64,000 nt of DNA. Source: Verrucomicrobiaceae bacterium. Its GTDB lineage: Bacteria > Verrucomicrobiota > Verrucomicrobiia > Verrucomicrobiales > Akkermansiaceae. Both the position numbers and the translations under genes were made by a program. This document shows positions 29,364 through 36,721 of this stretch, piece after piece. Each line of letters opens with the position of its first letter. The stretch's first letter is position 1. The notes beneath the pieces were generated by a model. The model did no database searches and had not been told where the DNA came from. It was given only the letters and a program-made list of their open reading frames with translations. The stretch lies in NCBI GenBank assembly GCA_051252135.1, contig JBPOGH010000001.1, positions 224,001 to 288,000 on the forward strand, written 5' to 3'.

Positions 29364-32300
29364 TCAGTGGAAGTCGTGGGACCCGCTGGATAGGCTTGTT
29401 GGCGCTTGGTCGAGAGGGGCCAGGTGCGTGCTGTAGATCGTGGGTTGCTTGCCTTCGCTGATCTGGACGTGGCCCTGGATCATGAGGAAGGATTCGGTGG
29501 TGATCGTGAGGCGGTAGGCGTGGAAGGTCTTGCGGGGGACGAAGAGGTTGGCGATGCCGTATTCATCTTCGAGAGAGATGAAGCAATGACCTTTTGCGGT
29601 GCCGGGGCGTTGCCGGCAGATGACGAGGCCGGCGATGGTGACAGGGGTGCCGTGGTGGAGGCGCTGGAGATCGGCGGAGTGGGAAAAGCCTTGGCCGTGG
29701 TCTTTTCGCCAAAGACGCATGGGGTGCGGGCCGACGCTGTGGCCTTGGATTGCGATGTCGGTGTGGAGGCGTTCGGCGGGCGTCATCATGGCGAGGACTT
29801 CGGGTTCGTGAGGTGGCTCGAGGGAGGCGAAGAGGTCGTCTTGCGGGAGGCGCTCGGCGCGCCAGAGGGCATCGCGGCGGTGGGTGACTTCGGGGAGTTC
29901 GTTGAGGGCGCCGGCGGCTGCGAGGAGTCGGCGTTCTTTTTTGTTGGGTTTGACGCGATGGAGGAAATCGGGGAGGGAGCTGAATTGCTGAAGGGCGCGT
30001 TGGTGGAGGAGTTGCTCGATGGTGCCTTGTTGGAGTCCTTTGATGCGGTGGAGGCCGAGACGGAGGGTGTGGTCGTTGATGACACTGGTTTCCTCCTGGG
30101 AGTAAATGACGCAGACGGGCTTGGAGCGGACGCCGTGGCGTCGGGCGTCCTGGATGAGGGTGTTGACAGAGTAGAAGCCCATCGGCTGATTGTTGATGAG
30201 TCCGCAGTAGAACTCGGGGGCACGGTGGACCTTCATCCAGCAGGAGGCGTAGGCGATGAGGGCGAAGGAGATGGCGTGGGATTCGGGGAAGCCGTAGAGG
30301 GCGAAGGAGCCGATGGAGTGGATGACCTTTTCCTGAACTTCGGAAGCGACGTTCTTTTCGGTCATGCGGGCGCGGAGTTTTTCGGTGACGAGCTGCATGC
30401 GTTCGTCGGAGCGCTTGAAGGTCATCGCGCGGCGGAGCTCGTCGGCTTCGGTGCCGGTGAAGTCGGCGATTTCCATGGCCATGCGAAGAACCTGCTCCTG
30501 AAAGAGCGGGACGCCGAGGGTGCGCTTGAGGATGGGCTCGAAGAGCGGGTGGATGTAATCGATGGGTTCGCGTCCGGTGCGGCGGTTGAGGTAAGGGTGA
30601 ACGAGGTCGCCAACAATGGGGCCGGGGCGGATGATGGCGACCTCGACAGCGACATCGTAAAAGCACTTGGGCTGCATGATGGGGAGGGTGGCCATTTGGG
30701 CACGGGATTCGACCTGGAAGGTGCCGACGGTGTCGGCTCGGCAGAGGAGATCGTAAGTGGCGGGATCGTCCTTGGGGATTTGGGCGAGGTCGACGGGGCG
30801 GCCGCGGCGCTCGCAGAGGTGAATGGCGTCCTCCATGGCGGCGAGCATTCCGAGGCCGAGGAGGTCGACTTTGACGATGCCGAGTTCTTCACAATCGTCC
30901 TTGTCCCACTGGACCACGGTGCGGCCCGGCATGGTGGCGGGTTGGAGGGGGACGATGTGATCGAGTCCGCCATCACAGATGATCATCCCTCCGGAGTGTT
31001 GGCCGAGATGTCGAGGGGAGTGGAGGATGGAGTGGTAGAGGTAGAGAAGGGGCTCGAAACGGGGGTGGGAAGAGGGGACGCCGGAGCGCTCGATGGTGTC
31101 GGCGAGCTCCATGACGCGGTCGCGCGGGTAGTAGTTCGACATTGAGAGCTCGGCAGAGTTATTCACATTGGAATCGTCGTGAACTTTGGGTGAGGAGCAG
31201 AGGTCTGAGAAGCGATTGGCGATCGATTCCGGGAAGCCGAGGACCTTCGACATTTCCCGGAAGGCGGAGCGGGGACGGTAGGTGATGACATTGGCGGTCA
31301 TGGCTGCGCCGCGCGGGGCGTGCTTCCGGTAGACGTATTGAATGACCGATTCGCGGCGATCGCCGGAGGGAAAGTCGATGTCAATATCCGGCCAGGAACG
31401 ACGATTTTCGGAGAGGAAGCGCTCGAAAAGGAGACCGCCTGCGACGGGATCGACGTTAGTTATTCCCAATGCGTAGCAGACGAGGGAGTTGGCGGCGGAG
31501 CCCCGGCCTTGGCAAAGGATGCCCTGGGAGCGGGCGAATTGGACCAAATCCCAGACGATGAGGAAATATCCAGAAAATCCCAATTTTGAGATCATTTGTA
31601 ATTCATTTTCAATTTGTTGTGTGTGTTTTTTACGCTTTAGAAAACCTCTTGATTTTAAGCCTTCTGAAGTGGTTGTTCGCAGTAATTCACACTCTTCAGC
31701 CGATGTGAATAACCTGTGAGTATCTTTCTCACGGTAGGAGGGGAACTTGTAGCCCAGGTTTTCGAGGCCGAACTCGCAGCGCTCGGCGAGATCGTAGGCG
31801 TTCTTGACGGAATGTGAATAACCTGTGAATAACTTGTGAATTGCTGTGGGTGACTTCAGGAAGCGTTCGGCGTTCTTTTCGAGGCTTCGTCCGGCGTCAT
31901 CGAGCGTGGAATGTTCGCGAAGGCAGGTGAAGGCATCGGTGAGAAGACGGTCCCGGCGGTGGGCGTAGAGCGGGGCGTTGGTGGCGAGGAGGGGGATCTT
32001 GAGATGTTCCCCGAGGTCTCTTAACAAGTTATTCACATGTTGTTCGCCTCGTCGATGGTGTTGGAAAAGAGCAATCGAGACGTTTCCGGGGCCGAAGATT
32101 CGCTGGAGAGAGGTGGCGGCTTGGAAGAGATTTTTGCGAGTGAGGCACGGGAGGGATTCGGGGGTGAGGATGGCGTGGAGTCCGCAGTTGAAAAGTGAGT
32201 CGGAGAGGGATTCTTCGGGAGCGCAGTGGTGGGTGGTGAGGAGTCGGGAGAGGGTTTGATAGCCGGGGCGATTGTGAACAAGCAAGGGTAACTGTGAATA

Positions 32301-32522
32301 AGTCGGACCGCCGGTTGGGGTCCAATGGGTGAGGGTGGCGCCGACGATGGCGCGGATGCCGAGTTTTTTGGCGGTGTGATGGGCGCGGGCCGAGCCGTAG
32401 AAGCCGAGGTGGTCGGGGATGGCGATGACCTTGTGTCCGAGTTCGGCGGCTCGGGTGACGAGGGCTTCGGGGGAGCTCGCTCCGTGGAGAAAGGAGAAGG
32501 AGGATTTGGCGAGGAGTTCCAT
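29364..32522 (-). CDS. dnaE2: Error-prone DNA polymerase DnaE2 (ImuC)
   Basis: SFSFLHGASSPE PHP start, GRGSAANS, PDIDIDF, YGFPESHA, QRPGTAKG, C-terminal SHDFH. Confidence 0.97.
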   Translation of the reverse strand: MELLAKSSFSFLHGASSPEALVTRAAELGHKVIAIPDHLGFYGSARAHHTAKKLGIRAIVGATLTHWTPTGGPTYSQLPLLVHNRPGYQTLSRLLTTHHCAPEESLSDSLFNCGLHAILTPESLPCLTRKNLFQAATSLQRIFGPGNVSIALFQHHRRGEQHVNNLLRDLGEHLKIPLLATNAPLYAHRRDRLLTDAFTCLREHSTLDDAGRSLEKNAERFLKSPTAIHKLFTGYSHSVKNAYDLAERCEFGLENLGYKFPSYREKDTHRLFTSAEECELLRTTTSEGLKSRGFLKRKKHTQQIENELQMISKLGFSGYFLIVWDLVQFARSQGILCQGRGSAANSLVCYALGITNVDPVAGGLLFERFLSENRRSWPDIDIDFPSGDRRESVIQYVYRKHAPRGAAMTANVITYRPRSAFREMSKVLGFPESIANRFSDLCSSPKVHDDSNVNNSAELSMSNYYPRDRVMELADTIERSGVPSSHPRFEPLLYLYHSILHSPRHLGQHSGGMIICDGGLDHIVPLQPATMPGRTVVQWDKDDCEELGIVKVDLLGLGMLAAMEDAIHLCERRGRPVDLAQIPKDDPATYDLLCRADTVGTFQVESRAQMATLPIMQPKCFYDVAVEVAIIRPGPIVGDLVHPYLNRRTGREPIDYIHPLFEPILKRTLGVPLFQEQVLRMAMEIADFTGTEADELRRAMTFKRSDERMQLVTEKLRARMTEKNVASEVQEKVIHSIGSFALYGFPESHAISFALIAYASCWMKVHRAPEFYCGLINNQPMGFYSVNTLIQDARRHGVRSKPVCVIYSQEETSVINDHTLRLGLHRIKGLQQGTIEQLLHQRALQQFSSLPDFLHRVKPNKKERRLLAAAGALNELPEVTHRRDALWRAERLPQDDLFASLEPPHEPEVLAMMTPAERLHTDIAIQGHSVGPHPMRLWRKDHGQGFSHSADLQRLHHGTPVTIAGLVICRQRPGTAKGHCFISLEDEYGIANLFVPRKTFHAYRLTITTESFLMIQGHVQISEGKQPTIYSTHLAPLDQAPTSLSSGSHDFH
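31159..32301. promoter_or_regulatory. Cluster of DnaA boxes inside dnaE2
   Basis: Exact TTATTCACA/TGTGAATAA at 31159, 31704, 31813, 31824, 32029 and 32293; degenerate copies at 31683, 31715, 31835, 31845 and 32273. Confidence 0.8.
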
Positions 32523-32525
32523 TTT

Positions 32526-34043
32526 TTAACCATAGATTCCGGTGAGGTGCCAATCGTGGGGCGGGGTGAAGGTGAGCTGGAGGAGGAGGTTTTTGGGGAG
32601 GGCGACATCCCACTCGCTGAGCTGCCAGGGAGATTCCCACCAAGAGCCGGAGAGGGGAAAGGGGCCACGGGATTCCTGGACGGTGCCTTGGTAGGGTCCA
32701 TTGAGGAGGGCGAGGGGGTGGAGGTGGCGGCCTCGTTTTTCGGAGGCGACGTTGAGCGGGATGGGGGGGCGTTGGCGTTTGAGGGGGAGTCGGGAGCGGG
32801 GGGCGATGGTTGGGGATTCGGGGAGTTTCTGGAGATCGGGGGTCAGGGGGTGGAGCGAAAAATGGTCGGGGCGGTGGCTGTCGCCGGGGAGTGGGATACC
32901 GAGTTGGTCGGGGCCGATGAGGGTGTTGAGGCGTTTGAGGGTGTCGGCGAATTGGTGCGGGTCCTTGAGGCCGCGTTGGAAGAGTTGATGCTGGGCGTGG
33001 CGTGGGAGGGTGGGAGTGAGTTTGAGGTGGAATTCGGTGAGCGGGGCCGGGGCGGTGAAGCTATCGAGATGGGTGTGGAGGGAGCGGAGGAGGATGTCGG
33101 GATCGAGGGTGGGCTCGGATTGGGTGAGGCTGCGGGAGTGGGCGGCTCCGTTATCGAATGAGAGTGCGAGGTGGATGGTTTCGGCGGCGCGTTGGTGGCC
33201 GGCGAGGCGTTGGCAGAGGGTTTGGAAGAGGCGGCGGGCGATGAAGAGGACGGGATCGAGACCTTCGACGGGGGGCTCGAAGTGATGGGAGGCCTGGAAA
33301 TGTTGGCGGGGGCGATGGAGGCGGAGTTGGCGGTGGTGCTTGCCGGTGAGGATGTCGTGGAGGCGGGCGAGATCGGGGCCGAGGCGTTCGGCGAGACCTT
33401 GGCGCGGGAGGGCGGCGAGATCGTGGAGAGTTTTCAGCCCCCAGAGATTGAGGATTCCGGACTCGGGGAGCGGGAAGGCCTGGCAGTGGAGGAGTTCGTC
33501 GAGAGTGAGGATGGTGGGTGAAGGCGCTTCGGGCTGGAGGGTGATGTTTGAGCGGGGGGAGTAGGTGAGAGTGGATGAGGTTTGGGGAGAGAGGGAGGCG
33601 AGATGGGCGAGGTCCGGGGTGTCGGCGAGGGCGAGCTGGAGGGGGAGGCCGAGTTGGTCGTGGGCTTGTTCGAGGGAAAGGGCGAGCCAGTCTTCGCGGG
33701 AGGAAATGAGGAGGGTGGAGAGATCGAGGAGGAAGGTGTCGGGGCGGGTGCGCTCGTAGTCGGGAGTGAGGGAATCGATGAGGAGAAGAGCTTCGGCTTG
33801 GGCGGAGGACTCGGCGGCGGGGTCGGGCTCGTAGAGGGTGAGATCGGGACAGCGGGCGAGTCCGCGGATGGTGCTCATGCCGGGGGTGATGCCGGCGAGG
33901 AGAGCGGGTTGGTTGAGCTGGAGGAGGGATGATTTTTCGTGATTGGAGCCGGAAAGGAGGGCGGAGGGACGGGAGGGATCGACCTGAGCCCGGGCGAGGA
34001 GGCAGGTGAGCGGGAGGGCGGGGAGATGGAAGGCGGCGAACAT
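32526..34043 (-). CDS. imuB: ImuB (inactive Y-family polymerase-like)
   Basis: AGITPGMS...ARCP, WGLKTL.DLAALPR..LAERLG, C-terminal GPFPLSGSWW...W.LTGIYG; lies between imuA and dnaE2. Confidence 0.88.
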   Translation of the reverse strand: MFAAFHLPALPLTCLLARAQVDPSRPSALLSGSNHEKSSLLQLNQPALLAGITPGMSTIRGLARCPDLTLYEPDPAAESSAQAEALLLIDSLTPDYERTRPDTFLLDLSTLLISSREDWLALSLEQAHDQLGLPLQLALADTPDLAHLASLSPQTSSTLTYSPRSNITLQPEAPSPTILTLDELLHCQAFPLPESGILNLWGLKTLHDLAALPRQGLAERLGPDLARLHDILTGKHHRQLRLHRPRQHFQASHHFEPPVEGLDPVLFIARRLFQTLCQRLAGHQRAAETIHLALSFDNGAAHSRSLTQSEPTLDPDILLRSLHTHLDSFTAPAPLTEFHLKLTPTLPRHAQHQLFQRGLKDPHQFADTLKRLNTLIGPDQLGIPLPGDSHRPDHFSLHPLTPDLQKLPESPTIAPRSRLPLKRQRPPIPLNVASEKRGRHLHPLALLNGPYQGTVQESRGPFPLSGSWWESPWQLSEWDVALPKNLLLQLTFTPPHDWHLTGIYG

Positions 34044-34046
34044 CGG

Positions 34047-34655
34047 TCAGGAAAGATGGTGCTGCCGGAGGTCGGTGGCTTGGGTTTGAAGCTGGGGTTT
34101 TTGGAGTTCGAGGTGGTTGAGGGAGAAGCGGGAATCGAGAGTGACGCGGCCGTGGGGTGAGGGGAGGCAGGGTCGTGGCGTGAGGGCGAGGAGGGTGGAG
34201 CCGGAATCGCGGGCTTCGGTGCGGAAGCGGTGCCAGATGGCGTTGGGGATACGTTTGAGTTCGCGCTCGGAAGTGAGATGGAGGTCGAGGAGGACAAGGG
34301 GGAGGTTGCCATCGCGGAGGAGGAGGTCGGCGGATTGGATGGCTTGCATCGTTTCGCGGCATCGGATCCAGAAGAGACGTCGGCATTTTGTGGATCCGTA
34401 GGAGGCGGGATCGAAGGAATCGCGGCCATCGATGAGGGCGAGCGGGAGGTCGTGTTCCTCATCGAGGAGACGGGAGAGGAGGAGGGAGATGCCCGAGCCG
34501 GGATGGGACGAGACGAACTCGTGGAGAGTGCCGGGGGCGAAGGTGAGCGCGGCGGGATCGAAGGGGGATTCTTCGGAGGCGGGCAAGGTCCGGTGGGCGG
34601 CAGGGAATTGTTCCTGCAGCTGTTGGCGGAGCTTGTTGATTTGGGCGGCGCTCAA
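34047..34655 (-). CDS. imuA: ImuA (RecA/SulA-like)
   Basis: GTLHEF, ALIDGRDSFDP, ADLLLRDGNLPLVLLDL; first gene of the cassette, TTG start. Confidence 0.82.
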   Translation of the reverse strand: MSAAQINKLRQQLQEQFPAAHRTLPASEESPFDPAALTFAPGTLHEFVSSHPGSGISLLLSRLLDEEHDLPLALIDGRDSFDPASYGSTKCRRLFWIRCRETMQAIQSADLLLRDGNLPLVLLDLHLTSERELKRIPNAIWHRFRTEARDSGSTLLALTPRPCLPSPHGRVTLDSRFSLNHLELQKPQLQTQATDLRQHHLS

Positions 34656-34659
34656 AACA

Positions 34660-34692
34660 TGTTCATTAGAACATTCTTCAAGCAGGTGTCAA
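34660..34692 (-). promoter_or_regulatory. LexA (SOS) box overlapping the sigma70 promoter of imuA
   Basis: TGTTC-ATTA-GAACA at 34660-34673 matches the Verrucomicrobia LexA motif TGTTC-N4-GAACA. Minus strand TTGACA(34692-34687)-16 bp-TCTAAT(34670-34665). Confidence 0.85.
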
Positions 34693-34704
34693 GGAAGGTG
34701 CAGG

Positions 34705-36450
34705 CTACGGGGCTTCTTCGATGAGGAAGAAGCCTTTTGGCGTTGTTGTATCGACGCTGAAGGCGGCCCTTCCACTGGAGTCCAGAGTGATGGTGGCGGG
34801 CGAAGTGGGAGTGATCGTGAAGCTGGAGAGATCGGAAGAGCTTTTGCAGCGGTAACTGGTGTTTGGGGCTCCAGTGATCCCGATAGTTGTGGTTGTACTG
34901 TCGAAGGAAAGAGAGTTGATCTTGGGGGTGGTATCGCGAGGGGTGACGGTGAGGCCATTCCAGATTGCGCCGTTCCCCCCGTAGGAAGAGAGGTGTTCCG
35001 GCCAAACGCGGGCCTCTGATAGGGCGGTGGAATCAAAGGCATTTGACCCAACAGTGGGTGGTTCCGCATCAAAGAGGATCACAGAAAGATTGGAGCAACC
35101 GAAGAAGGCGGTGTTCCCGATGGAGGTGACATTGCCGGGGATGGAGAGGGTGGTGAGGTCCGTGCAGTCCCGGAAGGCGTCATCCGCGATGGAGGTGACT
35201 GGTTTGCCATCAATGGTTGTGGGGATGTAGAGAGGGCCTGTTGCGGAGGTCTCACAGGTCGTGATGGTCACTTCATCATTGGTGATTGCCCAAGTCAGAT
35301 GGCGGAGAGCAATGTCACGGGTGGTTATGGTCAGGCCATTCCAGGTGGCGCCGTTTCCCCCGTAGGAAGAGAGGTGTTCCGACCAGACATGGGCGTCTGA
35401 TAGAGCGGTGTTCTTAAAGGCATTAGAACCAACAGTAGGGGCTCCTCCATCAAAGAGAATCTCAGAAAGATTACGGCAGAAGTAGAAGGTGTGTTCCCCA
35501 ATGGAGGTGACGCTGCCAGGAATGGTGATGCTAGTGAGGCCTGTGCATCCAAGGAATGTTTGATCTTCAATAGCGGTAATGCTGTCAGGGATGGTGACGC
35601 TGGTAAGGCCCGTGCAATCGGAGAAGGCACCCAACCTAATGGAGGTGACGCTGTCAGGAATGGTGATGCTGGTGAGGCCTGAGCATCTAAGGAAGGCGGC
35701 CCCCCCAATGGAGGTGACACTGTCAGGAATGGTGACGCTGGTTAGCCTGAGGCAGTAAGCAAAGGTGCGGTGTTCAATAGTCGTAACCCCGTTGGGAATG
35801 ATGATGCTGCCAGGGAGGTCCCAGCAGTAGAGGAAGGCCTCCACGCCAATGGTCGTGACCCCATCAGGGATGGTGAGGCTGCTGAGGCTTGTGCAGTAGG
35901 CGAAGGCATTTCCTCCAATGGAGATGAGGCTATTGGGCATGGTGACGCTGGTGAGTCCCGTGCAGTTATAGAAGGCGTAGCTACCAATGGAGGTGACGCT
36001 GTCAGGGATAGTGATGCTGGTGAGGCCACTGCAGCCATAGAAGCTGGTGGATTCAATGGAGGTGACGCTATCAGGGATGGTGACGCTGGTGAGGCCGCTG
36101 CAGCCATGGAAGGCTGCAAATCCGCCACCTGCGAGGGAGGTGAAGCCCTCAGGGATGGTGATGCTGGTGAGGCCCTTGCAATTCCTGAAGGCATAATTAC
36201 CGAATGAGGTGACACTGTTGGGAATGGTAATGCCAGTCAGGTCCAAGCAGTCCCGGAAGGCCTCATCACCGATGGAGGTGACCGGTTTCCCGGCGATGGT
36301 GGCGGGGATGTTGAGGAGACCTGTTGCGTCCTCCTTGCAGTCAGTGATGGAGACGATTTCGCCATTGATGGTCGTCCAAGTGAGGTCGCTGAGATCGGCA
36401 GCGTGGAGGGTGTTGGCGAGGAGGACGGTGAGGATGAGGAAGAGCTTCAT
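34705..36450 (-). CDS. BspA-family (LRR_5) leucine-rich repeat surface protein
   Basis: Signal peptide; about 13 23-aa repeats LTS(I/V)TIPDSVTSIG..AF..C. Confidence 0.93.
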   Translation of the reverse strand: MKLFLILTVLLANTLHAADLSDLTWTTINGEIVSITDCKEDATGLLNIPATIAGKPVTSIGDEAFRDCLDLTGITIPNSVTSFGNYAFRNCKGLTSITIPEGFTSLAGGGFAAFHGCSGLTSVTIPDSVTSIESTSFYGCSGLTSITIPDSVTSIGSYAFYNCTGLTSVTMPNSLISIGGNAFAYCTSLSSLTIPDGVTTIGVEAFLYCWDLPGSIIIPNGVTTIEHRTFAYCLRLTSVTIPDSVTSIGGAAFLRCSGLTSITIPDSVTSIRLGAFSDCTGLTSVTIPDSITAIEDQTFLGCTGLTSITIPGSVTSIGEHTFYFCRNLSEILFDGGAPTVGSNAFKNTALSDAHVWSEHLSSYGGNGATWNGLTITTRDIALRHLTWAITNDEVTITTCETSATGPLYIPTTIDGKPVTSIADDAFRDCTDLTTLSIPGNVTSIGNTAFFGCSNLSVILFDAEPPTVGSNAFDSTALSEARVWPEHLSSYGGNGAIWNGLTVTPRDTTPKINSLSFDSTTTTIGITGAPNTSYRCKSSSDLSSFTITPTSPATITLDSSGRAAFSVDTTTPKGFFLIEEAP

Positions 36451-36643
36451 GATCTCGGGTGGATGTTGTCGCGAGAGATATCAAAGATGAGGTTCTCTTT
36501 ATATCCCAGAGATTTATCAATACGATCATTTTTTAAAGGAGTTTCGTTGGTTTTAGGACACGACGCCTGAGTTTTTCAGTGCTTCGGTCGCGCGTGGGCG
36601 TTGGGATCCCGGGGGAGCTGGAGGCGCGCGAGTGATCGACGCC

Positions 36644-36704
36644 GGACCTTTCGGAGAAAGGGTCCCTGCTTTTGGGGAGGCCGACGGTCATCGACCGCCG
36701 CTAC
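36644..36704 (-). repeat. Two REP-like GTAG/GCAG-capped palindromes
   Basis: Minus strand GTAG-CG-GCGGTC-GAT-GACCGT-CGG (36704-36681) and GCAG-GGACCCTTTC-TCC-GAAAGGTCC (36669-36644). Confidence 0.55.
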
Positions 36705-36721
36705 AAAAAATAGAAGTACCG

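Noticed and set aside
31813..31853. CRISPR or simple VNTR reading of the tandem TGTGAATAA units
   Set aside because: The units are 9-11 bp with no spacers, and dispersed copies occur in both orientations, which fits protein-binding boxes.
31159..32301. Calling the DnaA-box cluster the canonical oriC
   Set aside because: No skew reversal across it, no dnaA/dnaN/gidA/parAB nearby, and a dif-like site 27 kb away. Kept as origin-like with function unresolved.
35400..36300. CRISPR array or DGR in the 69-bp repeats
   Set aside because: The repeats are in-frame LRR codons. No cas or reverse transcriptase gene and no separate template repeat is present in the window.
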